Below, piece after piece: positions 12,525-25,090 of a stretch of DNA of 64,000 nt; within the stretch, counting starts at the first letter, position 1; every line of letters begins with the position of its first letter. Position numbers and translations under genes: made by a program. This DNA is from Mobula hypostoma. Lineage: Eukaryota. The notes under the pieces were generated by a model. The model was not told the DNA's origin. It saw only the letters and a list, made by a program, of their open reading frames with translations, and did no database searches. The stretch is from assembly GCF_963921235.1 (NCBI RefSeq), contig NC_086097.1, forward strand, positions 248,126,001 through 248,190,000, written 5' to 3'.

Positions 12525-14350
12525 AGACCATGAGACATAGGAACAGAATTGGGTCATTCAGCTCATTCCACTCAACCCCACACACCTGCCTTCTGGCCAT
12601 ATCCTTTGATGCCCCAATGGATCAGGAAACTATCAACTTCCACATTAAATATACCCATGGATTGGCCTCACTGCAGTCTGTCGCACAGCATTCCACTGGT
12701 TCACCACTCTCTGACAAATAAAAATTCCTCCTTATCTCTGTTCTAAAAAGGTTGGCCCTCAGTTTTGAGGCTGTGCCCACTAGTTCTGGATACCCCCACC
12801 AGAGGAAACATCCTCTCTACAACCACCCTATCAAGTCCTTTCAATATTCATAGGAAGAGGTGCAGTCGACGTTTCAGGCCGAGACCCTTAGTCGGGACTG
12901 ACGAAGTCCAAGTCCTGACGAAGGGTCTCGGCCTGAAATGTCGACTGCACCTCTTCCTATAGATGCTGCTTGGCCTGCTGCGTTCACCAGCAACTTTGAT
13001 GTATGTAGCTTGAATTTCCAGCATCTGCAGAATTCCTGTTGTTTGCCTTTCAATATTCAGTAGTTTTCAATGAGATATCCCTGCATTCTTCTAAATTCCA
13101 GTGAGTACCGGCCCAAAGCTGCCAAACACTCCTCATATGTTAACCCATTCATTCCCAGAATCATCCTCGTGAACCTCCTCTGGACTCTCTCCAATGACAA
13201 CGCATTCTTTCTGAGATATGGGATGTAGGACCCAAAACTGTTGACAATACTCCAAGTATGGTCTGACTAGTGTCTTATAAAGGCTCAGTATTATCTCTTT
13301 GCTTTTATATTCTATTCCCTTTGAAATAAATCCCAACATTGCATTTGCCTTCTTTACCACAGACTCGACCTATGAATTAGCCTTCTGGGAGTCTTGCATG
13401 ACGACTCCTAAGTCCCTCTGCACCTCTGATGCTTAAATTTTCTCCCCATTTAGATAATAATCCACGCCATTGTTCCTGTTACCAAAATGCATTATCATAC
13501 ATTTCCCAGCTCTGTATTCCATCTGTCAGTTTTTTGCCCGTTCTTCCAAATTGTCCAATCCTGATGTAATCGCATTGCTTCCTCAGCATTACCTACCCCT
13601 CCACCTATCTTTGTATCATCCGCAAACTTTGCCACAAAGCCATCAATTCCATTATCTAAAGCAATGACAAACAATGAAAAGTAGCGGTCCCAATACTGAC
13701 CCCTGAGGAACACCACTAGTCAGTGGCAGCCAACCAGAAAAGGCTGCTTTTATTCCCATTCACTGTCTTCTGCTTGTCAGCCATTCCTCTATCCATGCCA
13801 GTATGCCAAAAACGCCATAGGATTTTATCTTGTTAAGCAGCCTCATATGTTGCTCCTTATCAAATGCCTTCTGAAGATCCAAGTAAATGACATCACTGTC
13901 TGTCCTTTGTCCAGCCTGTTTGTTACTTCCTTGAAGAATTCTAACGGATATGTCAGGCAAGATTTCTCTTTACAGAAACCATGCTGACTTGGACTTCTTT
14001 TATCATTAGTCTCCAAGTACCCCGAAACCTCATCCTTAATAATAGACTCCAAAACTTTCCCAACCAAAGGTTAGGCTAAGTGGCCTATAATTTCCTTTCT
14101 TTTGCCTTGGAGTGACATTTACAATCTTCAAGTCCTCTGGGACCATGCCCAGATCAAGTGATTTTTGAAAGATCATGTCCAATGCATCTGTTATCTCTTC
14201 AGCAACCTCTCTCAGGACTCGAATGAAGTCCATCTGGTGCAGGTGACTTATCCACCTTAAGAGCCCTTTCTGTTATAAAAGCAAAGGCATTCACTCCTCC
14301 ACTCTGACACTCACAGACCTCTGGCACACTGCTGGTGTCTTCCACAGTGT
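12525..14350 (-). mobile_element. CR1 LINE RT and 3' end, degenerate
   Basis: VAKFADDTKIGG, SQHGF, KAFDK and LVRPYLEYC motifs on the - strand. Confidence 0.9.
12851..13045 (+). mobile_element. Penelope-like mini-insertion with inverted 5' arm
   Basis: 14-bp TSD cctttcaatattca (12837-12850, 13046-13059); about 50-bp inverted repeat covering the hammerhead motif. Confidence 0.85.
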
Positions 14351-16159
14351 GTCACCAAATGTTGTAGCGCTAGTTGACATGTCCTTCGGATCTTCCTCTG
14401 GAGATTTTGCGTGTGGAAATCTATAGAATGTGCAAAGCAGGCTGTTTGACCAAGATGCTGCGTGCCATGTTTGTGTTCCACACTCATCGATTACCTGGCC
14501 AGCCCTTTAGACAAGGATAAAGTTTTCCTCAACTATTTCCTGTGGCAGAAAGTCACAAATTCTCACCTAAGTGGGTAAAGGGAGATTTTTTTTAATCCCC
14601 TATCTGATTTGCACAATTTGTTTTTTTTCCTGCACATTGGGTGTAGGCCATTTTTAAATTCAAAGTACTGAGAACATTTTATTTTCAAAGTATGTATACG
14701 TCATACAGCCTACGGTTCATCCCCTTACAGACAGCCACAAAACAAGGAACCCGTTAAAAACACAAGACTGCCAAACACCCAGAGTGCAGAGAGAGAGGGG
14801 AAAAAACAATCACACAACCCTAATGCATTCAGAACTGAAGTTCAAAAAGTCAGGCATTACTGCAGCCAGTCTAGAGTTACACTAGTTGCAGGCCACAGCC
14901 TCAGTGCAGCACAGAGTCGAGCAGCAAGCCAAACCAGCCCATCTCTCACCTCTGACCCCGACACCCTGACCATCTCAATCTGGCCCAGAGCATAAATCGT
15001 CTAAATCTCAGGACCTTCCTCCCTCTCGGACGCTTCGATATGGCCAGTATCCGACCTTTCCAGTTCAGCTTGGCTCTTAAATTGATCAGATTGCTCCTCA
15101 ACTCAACTCCCCTCACCTTGGCCACATCGACTTACTCGACCTTCCCAATCAGCTCGGCTTTTAAGTCAATCAAACCTCGGATGTTTCCTCGCCTCGGGCA
15201 CATTGAATTTGTTCCAAGTCTGCTCCAGCAACTCCAGCCCAGACGTGCAGAAGCTGTCCTGCCTCAGCGAGACTCCAGCCACACCGCAAACGTGCCAGGT
15301 CGTACAGGCGATGCAGCTCAACTCTGACAGGGAAGCCCACAGGCCACCGTTTGTGTTTATCAGTAAATGTGTGAATAACAAAGTATTTAGTGGCTTTCTT
15401 TGTTTCATTGCTGACCAGCCAGGTGTCACTGAAGCCAGGAACTTGCACCATTTTAAAGGGTTCTATGGGTTTCTTTGTTTTGCGACTCTATATAAGGAGA
15501 CAAAACTCAAGGGTGTATATAGTATACATACGTTGATAACAAATCTTCTTTGACTTCGATTTTTTGGTGACTATTTAATATTGATGGCCTCTGGGTTTGC
15601 TCTTCCCACTAACAGAATTCTTCTTTTTTAAACTTCAAAGTTATTATCATACACAAACTTGAGATTCATCATTTTGTAGGCAGCCTCAAAACAAACACAA
15701 TAGAAATCTGGGGTGGGGGGGGGGGGGGAAACACACACACACAACAAAGACAGCCACATATCCGCTTTGTAAAAGAGGACAAATCGAGCAGATAGTAAAA
15801 AGTGAGTAAACAGAAACAGCAGGAAGATGAACTGCAGAGTCCCTGCAGGGGATTTGGCCCACAGCTGCAGAAGCCGTTCAGCACTGAAGTGAGTACAGCT
15901 CGTCCAGGAGCCCAGTGGCTGCAGGGCAACTGCTGCTCCCCAACCTTGCGGAGTGGGACCCAAGACTTCTGCACCTCCCTCTCCACAGCAGGAGGAGAAG
16001 ACAGGGACAATAGTGTGCATCATTCCGGATGCTTTTAAAGTTGCAGTTTGGATTTTTGAGTATTCGTGGCTTGGGCATGTCCTGGGTGATAGAGGTCCTT
16101 ACGATGGGAGCCGCCTTTCTGAGGCGTCGCTCCTTGAAGATGTTCTGGACACTACGGAA

Positions 16160-16875
16160 GTGTGATTTGTACTTCTGCGTAGTAGCCTACGCCGTTGTGA
16201 GCATTTATACTTGTGCGTTGGTGTGTCTGCATCGCTCTGCAATTCACCGCCAAAATGCTAGTTGGCGGTGGGGTTTCTATGCCACTGTGTCGAGTTTCTT
16301 CGTGTTGAAACTCAACACGAAGAAACTCAAACTCCAAACAATGGCGACTGAAACTGAAGGAGGGTGAATTTTCTGTGCTTGTCCGGCCACTGAGAGACAT
16401 GGGCGAGGAAATGCATTTCAAATATTTTCGGATGTCGGCAGGCAGATTTGACGATTTGGTTCATCGTCTCCAACCATTTATTTCGCATCAGTGTACACAC
16501 AGTATAATAAGAGGCTGGCAATCACCATTCGAGTTTTAGCTTCAGGTGGAAGTCAACAGGCTGTAGCAGCTAGCTACAAACTGGCATCAAGCACAGGGTC
16601 CTCCATAATTTCGGAGGTCTGTAAAGCTTTATGGAAAGCATTGCAGCCAGCGTTCCTTCCCTGCCCTTCAGTCGCCCAATGGGAAGCTATTGCAGCGTAG
16701 GAGGAAATGCGATGCTACCAAGCGGACCAATCACAGTTGTTGCGGTCTGCGTCGCCACGACGCGTAGTTAAGTTTTTGGGGAGGTGCGCTTCAGGCTGTG
16801 GCGTAGGGGATAGCGTAGGGTACGCGGCTACGCCATACCTACGGCGTCGATTTGACACAGAAGTATAAATTGGCC
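16160..16875 (+). mobile_element. PIF/Harbinger DNA transposon, internally deleted
   Basis: Transposase N-terminus [33 protein letters not shown] and [41 protein letters not shown]. Imperfect TIRs (atttRtacttctgYgt at 16165-16180 and its complement at 16855-16870); right end GGCC followed by TTA. Confidence 0.8.
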
Positions 16876-17326
16876 TTACGTTTACAACTCTCTGCAGTAG
16901 CCCCTCCCCCCATGCCAGACGGTGATGCAGCCAGTTAGAATGCTCTCCGCGGTACATATGTAGAAATTTGCAAGTGTTTTAGGTGACAAACCTCTTCAAA
17001 CTCCTATCTCTCATAGATCTCCCATTTCGACTGAATGTTAATTAGCACTGGAAAGAGTCAGTGTAAATTACCACAGTGCATTTACTTTCTGTATTGAGTT
17101 TGGTTTTGGCATGAAAAACTTGTCCTCTTCTCTGTTGCGGGGGCCAAATTTGCTGGCTGGCCTTAAGGTTTTACTTTCATGGAGTGAGATCTGTGAGTCA
17201 TGAGCTCCAATCCATCTACTCCTGAATCAGCCCATTGTTGATTGTTCCGATCATATGACCCTGCAAGCTTTCTACAGCATGAAAGCAGGGTGGTTTAGCC
17301 TTGAGACAGTAAAGCCATTAGCGCCT

Positions 17327-17795
17327 ACTCAGTGGCCACTTTATTGGGCACCCCCTGTACCCAATAAAGTGGTCACTGAGTGTTCTGCACACCACTGTTG
17401 CAATGTATGGTCATTTGAGTTACTGTCACCTTCCTGTCGACTTGAACCAGTCTGGCCATTCACCTCTGACTTCTCTCATGAACAAAGCATTTTTGTCCGT
17501 AGAACTGTTGGTCACTGGATGTTTTTTTTGTTTTTCACATCATTCTCTGTAAATTCTAGAGATTGTTGTGTGTGAAAATCCCAGGAGATCAGCAGTTTCT
17601 GAGATACTCAAACCACCCTATATGACACCAACAATCATTCCATGGTCGAAGTCACTTAGATCACATTTCTTCCCCATTTGGTCGTTTGGTCGGAACAACA
17701 ACTGAATCTCTTGACCACGTCTACATGCTTTTATGCATCGAGTTGCTGCCACATGATTGGCTGATTAGACACTCGCATTAATGAGTAGGTTTACC
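17327..17795 (-). mobile_element. Tc1-like transposon remnant
   Basis: The - strand reads MGKKCDLSDFDHGMIVG...LSISETADLLGFSHTTISRIYRE (Tc1 HTH). CAGTGGCCACTTTATT-type TIR at 17327-17381. Confidence 0.8.
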
Positions 17796-18039
17796 TCCAT
17801 ATGTACTGCATGGAAAACTTTCTCAATACCACATAGCCAAAGGAGAATTAATGAGCTACTAAGTACCTCTCTCTTTGGCCAAGCTTGCAGATTGTCAAAG
17901 GGAGGAAGAGGTTTAGGTCCAGAAGGTAAACTAATGCTTTATTGACGGAGCTGAGATCTGTGCAAAGGGACAGAGTCAGAAAAATTTGAATGGTTGGAGG
18001 TTACAGGAAAGAATTTTAAAATGGAAGCCCCCTGATCTT

Positions 18040-18905
18040 CTGCGGGTGTGCAGTAGAGAGCATCCAAACTTGCTGTATGGCTGCAAGGTACAGAAACTGC
18101 ACTGGGGTGGACAGGAAGGTTCTACAATGGATAATCAAAACTGCCCAACACATCAAGGTGATCAACACTCGCACACCCCAAAATACTCCCCCACCACCAC
18201 TACTTTATCATTTCCTGTCGGTCACCTTATCTACAGACACACTTGCGCCTAGCGTCAGTTTATGGACATAGAATAGGTCTGTGTATATGTTAATCTTATG
18301 TATTTTATTTATTGTGTTTTAGTGTGTTCTTTATGATAATTGTGTTATCTGTTTATGCTGCATCAGATCTGGAGTAACAATCATTTTGTTGTCATCATGG
18401 ATAAAGCCATTGAGCACATCTACATAAAACACTGTTGCAGCAAATCAGCATCCATCATCAGGGACCCCCACCATCCAGAACATGCTCTCTTCCTGCTGCT
18501 GACATCAAGAAGGAGGTACAGGAGCCTCAGGGCTCACACCACCAGGTTCAGAAATAGTTATTACTCCTCGATCATCAGGCTCTTGAACCAGAGGAGAAAA
18601 CTTTACTCAACTTCACTTGCCCCATCACTGAAATTCAGGTACAGCTTCTTCCCTTCTGCTGTCCGATCCCTAAATGGACATTGAACCCTTGAACACTACC
18701 TCACCTTTTTAATACAGGTATATATTATTTTATTATTTGTTTTTTGCATGATTTTAATCTATTCAATATACATAAATTGTAATTGATTGATTTATTTATT
18801 ATTGTTTTTTTCCCTTCTATATTATGTATTGTATTGAACTGCTGCTGCTAAGCTAACACATTTCACAACACATGCCAGTGATAATAAACCTGATTCTGAT
18901 TCTGA
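18040..18905 (+). mobile_element. Rex1/Babar-type LINE 3' fragments
   Basis: SIIRDPHHPEHALFLLLTSRRRYRSLRAHTTRFRNSY; tail ...aataaacctgattctgattctga. Confidence 0.75.
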
Positions 18906-18943
18906 AATTTCCCAATCATCTCATGTTCTCAATATCAATTGCT

Positions 18944-19003
18944 TATTTATTTATTTATTTATTTATTCATTCATTCATTCATTCATTCATTCATTCATTC
19001 ATT
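18944..19003 (+). repeat. Compound microsatellite (ATTT)n(ATTC)n
   Basis: Read directly from the sequence. Confidence 0.95.
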
Positions 19004-19129
19004 CTTCTTTTAGTATTTGCACAGTTTGTTGTCTTCTACATCCTGGCTGAATGCCCTAGTCGAGCGACCTTTCATTGATTCTGTTATGGTTATTATTCTA
19101 TAGATTGATTGAGTATGCCCACAAGAAAT

Positions 19130-19635
19130 TCAGGTTGCCCCACTATAGGGGGTATGTTGAGGCTTTGGAGAGGGTGAAGAAGAGGTTTACCAGGATGCTG
19201 CCTGGTTTAGAGGGTATGTGCTACCATGAGAGGCTGGATAAACTTGGGCTGTTTTCTCTGGAGCGGCAGAGGGAGATCTGATAGAGGTTTATAAGATTAT
19301 GAGAGGCACAGACAAATTGGACAGACTCTATCTGTTTCCAAGGGTTGAAATGTCTAATACTAGAGGGGATGCATTGGATGTGAGAGGGGATAAATTCAAA
19401 GGGGATATGAGGGGTAAGATTTTTACTCAGTGAGTGGTGGGTGACTGGAATGTGCTGCCTGGTGTGGTGTTTGAGACAAATACATTAGAGGCTTTTAAGA
19501 GAGGTTTGGATAGGCACATGGATGTGAGGAAGATGAGGGGATTAGTGTTAGGGTGTTCTTGATTTGCTTTTTAGCTGTTTTGGCACAACATTTTGGGCTG
19601 AATAGCCTGTTCCTGTGCTGTACTCTTCTATGTCT
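19130..19635 (+). mobile_element. CR1 LINE 3' end
   Basis: PHYRGYVEALERVKKRFTRMLPGL...LGLFSLE and a CR1 tail. Confidence 0.85.
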
Positions 19636-20099
19636 TTGTCTGAGGAAATGAACCTCGGGGTTATATATGTACTTTGATTTGACTTCCAATCTGCTCCTTG
19701 TAAGGCATGAAAATGCCCAATGCGGGCCTCTCATGGTCTGCCGACGTTTCCAACCCCCTCCCCCCTCCCGCGATAATACATTTAATTTGAACTTTGAAGA
19801 ATGACAATCACTAATCTTGAATCTCGAATTTTGATCCATCACTGCCCCTGTATGTCAGTAACCAGTCATGAAACAGTTAAATGGAATTTGGTGCGGGAGT
19901 ACAGGAAGAAGGGTGCTGGTATGACAGCTGAACCTTATCAACAATACAGAAACCGATAACTAACATTTTGATAAGACGCTTACTGGGAGCAGAATCCGTG
20001 TTTGGGGCAGCCCACTGTTAATTACATCTGTTCTTCAAGGAAGCAGCACGGAAATTAGGCCTATATGAGAATACAGGGGCACCGACGGGAGCTGGTCAC

Positions 20100-20603
20100 A
20101 TGTATTTATTTGATTTACAGATACATTGTGGAACAGACCCTTCCGGCCCACTGAGCCGCACTGCCCAGCAACCCACCTATTTAACCCGAGCCTAATCACA
20201 GGACAATTTGCAATGACCAATTCACCTTCTAACCGGTACGTCTGTGGACTGTCGGAGGAAACCAGAGCACCCGGAGAAAAACCACAGATTCCTTGGGGAG
20301 GATGTATAGACTCCTCACAGCGGATAAACACAAGAGATTCTGCAGATGCCGGAAATCCAGAGCAACACCATCAAAATGCCGGAGGAACTCAGCAGGCCAG
20401 GCAGCATCGATGAAGAGGAGTAAACGGTCGATGTTTTGGGCCAAAACCCTTCTTCAGGACTGGAAAAGAAGGGGAAAGATGCCAGAATAAAAAGACGGTG
20501 GGGGGTGGGGGAATCCTTACAGAGGATGCTGGGATTGAACGCTGTAGTCCGACGCAATGAGCTGAAGTAACATCATGCTAACCCCATGCTACCAAGGTGC
20601 CCC
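20100..20603 (-). mobile_element. HE1/V-type SINE interrupted by a Penelope-like pLTR (20326-20513)
   Basis: Similar to the SINEs at 45843-46032 and 61500-61793. The pLTR is flanked by an imperfect 14-bp TSD (tcctcacagcggat 20312-20325; tccttacagaggat 20514-20527). Confidence 0.75.
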
Positions 20604-21364
20604 CAGAGTTCTTTGCTGCACACCTTGGTGCTGGACGCAGAAATTCATGTGTGAGAAGCTGTGGACCGTGGACCTTCCGAAGTCTTCTCACCACTCCTTT
20701 TTGACAAACTACCTCAAAGGCAGGCTTTCGCACACTTTTGTCAATCTTTGTGTGTACTTTTTCATGGATTCTATTGTATTTCTTTTTTTCTACTGTGAAT
20801 GCCCACAAGAAAATGAATCTTAAAGTCGTATATGGCGGCTGTTACGTCAGCGCGGAGGGAGAGCGGCAGTCAAGTTGTAGGGTTAAAAGATTTTACTGAG
20901 TTATGTTAGCCTCAGTGCATGACGGGAGCAATGAACCAGGCCCACCAAGATGACTAAGGAATGTGCACCAAAAGCCCGCACAAAAAGAGGGGACTTCCCA
21001 CCGCGTAGGAGGCCCCAGTCAACTCACCACACAATCAATCATGTGTGCACACTCCCACATTCCCACAACCGATCCAGTACAGTTCATACATACACTTGGA
21101 TAATAAATTTACTTTGAACTTTGAACATCCCAGATTATTTATTCAGTGCAAACTTAATTACCCATCTGCTCTGCAAACGCACTGTGTAGTGATAATCACA
21201 ACTCCTTTCAAGACTTTAAATTAGCACCAATCTGACACAATATTCCATACATCAGCCTAAGGAAGACAAGTACAACTGTGTGGCTGGGCCGCCCTTAATT
21301 CTCACTCAATGCTGCTGAGGTCATTTCATTACTTTGACAATTACATACTATTGTGTTTCTCAGT

Positions 21365-21805
21365 GTCAAGCAGAGGTCACCCCCGGGGTGGAAGAGCAAC
21401 ACCTTATAGCCTCTGGGTAGCCTCCAACCTGATGGCATGAATATCGATTTCTTCTTCCCTGCCCCTTTCCTTCTTCTATTCTTCATGCTGGCCTTTTACC
21501 TCTTCTCACCTGCCTATTACCTGCCCCTGGGTCCCCCCCCCTTCCCTTTCTCCTATGATCCACTCTCCTCTCCTATCAGATTCCTTCCACTCCAGCCCCT
21601 GACCTTCCAGTTAGCCTCCTTCCCCTCCCCCCATCTTTTTATTCTGGTGTCTCCCCCCTTCCTCTTCAGACCTGATGAAGTGTCTCAGCCCAACATGTCA
21701 GATCCTTATTCCTTTCCAAAGATGCTGCCTGGCCTGCTGAGTTCCTCCAGCATTTTGTGTGTGTTCCTCTAGATTTCCAGCATCAGCAGATTTTCACATT
21801 TATGT
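21365..21805 (+). mobile_element. Penelope-like 3' end (end of GIY-YIG ORF plus pLTR)
   Basis: Ends ...LGSLQPDGMNIDF, then a pyrimidine tract, a degenerate CTGATGA motif and gatgctgcctggcctgctgagttcctccagca. Confidence 0.8.
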
Positions 21806-22194
21806 TTCTCAGTCCTTTTCCCCAGTGAAAATAATTTTATTTGCCTTTCTGTACATTTAGAATTTGGAGGTCTGAGTTTCAGAATCATCCTAATTATTTT
21901 CCCGTTGATAAACTAACTACTGCCTTAATTCAAACGACTGCATACTTCTGATATTCGAGCCACCTCCATGGAGTGATTGTACGCGTACGCACCGTCAAAC
22001 AGCATTCTCCGTGTCTGTCACCAGCAGAAACTTCGGCACCAAGCTCCAGCTGCCTTTCCTGAATCTTTGATCAGTAATTAAACCGTTAATCATTTCCAAT
22101 GTTCACCTGCGAAATGCCAAAGTAACTGCAGATGCTTTCCCAATGTCCAATGGGAAACTTCCAAAACTATTCAATGACCCCTTTTCAAAATCAT

Positions 22195-23905
22195 TTTTTG
22201 AAATGAATTTATTTCTTACATCCTTCACATACACGAGGAGTAAAAATCTTTATGTTACTTCTCTGTTTAAGTGTGTAATCATAGTAATTTATAATAGTTT
22301 ATTATAAATAGAACAGTCAATGTAACATAGGAATACACAGAGTTAATCAGTCTGATGGCCTGGTGGAAGAAGCTGTCCTGAAGCCTGTTGGTCCTGGCTT
22401 TTATGCTGCGGTACTGTTTCCCGGATGGTAGCAGCTGGAATAGATTGTGGTTGGGGTGAATCGGGTCCCCAATGATCGTTCGGGCCCTTTTCTCACTCCT
22501 GTCATTGTAAATCTCCTGAATCATGGGATGTTCACAACTACAGATGCACTGGGCTGTCCGCACCACTCTCTGCAGAATCCTGCGATTAAGGAAGGCACAG
22601 TTCCCATAACAGGCAGTGATGCAGCCAGTCAGGATGCTCTCAATTGTGCCCCTGTAGAAAGTTCTTAGGAGTTATGGTGTTGAATGCGGAACTGTAGTCC
22701 AAGAACAGCATTCTCACATAAGCATCCTTCTTCACCAGATGTGTAAGGATGGTGTGTAGAACTGTGGCTGTTGCATCATCTGTTGATCGGTTGTGTGGGT
22801 AGGTGAATTGTAGAGGGTCCAGTGTGGGTGGCAGCGTGCTGCAGATGTAATCCTTGACCAGCCTCTCAAAGCATTTGTTTACTATTGAGGTGAGTGCGAC
22901 AGGACGCCAGTCCTTCAGGTACATTACCTTGGTCTTTTTTGGTACAGGGACAGTGATGGATAATTTGAAGCAGGAGGGCACTCTACACTGGGAGGGGGCG
23001 AAATTAAAAATGTCTGTAAACACACCTGCCAGTTGTACCGTGCACATCCTGAGTACTCGCCCTGGGACGCCATCCGGTCCCGCGGGCTTGCGACTGTCCA
23101 CTCATTGGAAACATCTGCTTACCTCAGCCTCAGAAATGACCAGGTTGCAGGTTGTAGTGGTGGCTTTCCTCGGAGGCTGAGAGTTATCGATACTGAACTG
23201 AGTGTAGGAGTGATTGAGCTCATCTGGGGCAGAGGCCGTGCTGTTGGTGGTACCACTGCGTTTGACTTTGAAGTTAGCGATGGTACGCATCCCTCACCAC
23301 AAGTCATGTATGCTATTTGATGTGAATCTTGACTCAATCTTGTCCCTGTATTGTTGTTTCGCAGCCTTGATAGCTTTGCACAGATCACAGCTGCTCTTCC
23401 TGAGCTCCTGCTGATTGCCGGCAGTGTAAGCTCGATGTCGCACGGTAGGTGCTGCTCACACAGAACTATGGATTCAGAGTTTCTGGTTCGGGAGGACCCT
23501 GACCGATTTCTGGGGGACAACATCGTCGATGAACTTCTGGATGAAGCAAGTAAATCCATCAGTGAACTCAAAGACATCCTCATCATGGAAGACTTTCCAG
23601 TCAGTGTTATTGAAGCAGTCCTGCAGCATGGAGACTGGTTGGTCAAACCAACAGTAGACGTTTTTAACTCTGGCTGCCTCTTGTTTCAGCTTTTGCCTGT
23701 AGTCGGCAAAAGCAGGATTGAGGAATGATCTGATTTTCCAAAAGCTGGGCGAAGGAGAGCTTTGTAAGCATTGTGGAAGGGAGTGTAACAGTGGTCAAGT
23801 GTGCTATCTCCACGAGCGCTCACCTGGATGTGCTGATGAAACTTTGGAGAGAATTTCATCAGCGACGCTCGTTTAAAGTCACCAGCAACTTTGAAGGCAA
23901 CTTTA
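22195..23905 (-). mobile_element. Rex1/Babar LINE (endonuclease end and RT N-half joined to the 3' end; internal deletion near 22670)
   Basis: TLDHCYT...[51 protein letters not shown], then IIGDPIHPNHNLFQLLPSGKQYRS. Confidence 0.9.
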
Positions 23906-24629
23906 TTTTTAGGCAATGTCCAAATATTTAATGATTTCTCTTTTGAATTTGGAGCCTCATTCCACAGTTACAGAACAATTTAAGTTCAAAGTTTTAGTAA
24001 GTTTGAGAAATCGTATTGTGGCGGCGCTGAAATGTATCAATAGAGTAAAGCCATTACAGTGCCAGTGACCTGCGTTCAATTCCTGCCACTGTTTTTATGG
24101 ACGTTGTACAGGGTGTTCTCCCGTGATCCCTGTGTGATTAAAGTTCAAATTTAATTATCATTCAACCATACATGAATACCCATGAATACAGCCAAATGAA
24201 ACGTTGTCCAGAGCCAAGGTGTAAAACACAGTAGCAACAGTTATTCACAGCACGCAGCACATATAGGATAGCAAGCACATGTAAGACATCTACAGTCACA
24301 TACGAAAAGAGTAGTCCAAGACCTTGAGTCCATGATTAGTGCAGCGGTCTGCAGTTGAACATAATTACAGTTGTCTTCTGCCAAGTGATCACGGTTGGAG
24401 GGGGAGTGTGGGGCAGCACCAACTCCAGCTTGGAAGCTGCACCACTCTGCTTCTCCACCGCCTCTCTCCTGGGCACTTGTGAGCAGACGGCACCGCAGCT
24501 TGAAGCCTAATCCACGCTACGACAGGCCAGGCAGCTCTCCCGTCGTCTGCCAAAACCATCAGTGAATCGGACTTGCAGTATTCCACATTAACAATGTCCA
24601 GCAGGGTTATGCAATCACAAGAAAAGCAA

Positions 24630-25090
24630 CACTCACAACACGCTGGAGGAACTCAGCAGGTCGGGCAGCATCCGTGGAAGTGATGAGCTGACGTTTCGGG
24701 CCGGAGCGTTCGTCAGGACTGTAGAGGGAAGGGGCAGAAGCCCTATAAAGAAGATGGGGGAGGGTGGGAAGGAGAAGGCTGGTAGGTTCCAGGTGAAAAA
24801 CCAGTAAGGGGAAAGACAAAGGAGTGGTGGTGGGGGAGGGGAAGGGAGGCAGGAAAGGTGAAGAAGGAATAGGGGAAAACACAATTGGTAGTAGAAGGAG
24901 GCGGAACCATGAGGGAGGTGATAGGCAGCTGGGGGAGGGGGCAGAGTGACATGAGGGTCGGCACAACATTGTGGGCCGAAGGGCCTGTACTGTTCTGTAC
25001 TATTCTATGTTCTATGGAATGGAGAGCGAGTTTGTAAACCTGGCAGGCGCAAAGGATGCTGTGATTGGCGAAGGTGGAGGGTCGCGGGAG
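24630..25090 (-). mobile_element. Penelope-like pLTR with a 65-bp CR1 tail inserted (24952-25016)
   Basis: cgctggaggaactcagcaggtcgggcagcatc...acgtttcgggccggagcgttcgtcaggact followed by a purine-rich tract. Confidence 0.75.

Noticed and set aside
20840..21081. Solo LTR (TGTTAC...GTACA)
   Set aside because: It looks like an insertion in a retroposon tail, but there is no matching TSD, so the class cannot be supported.
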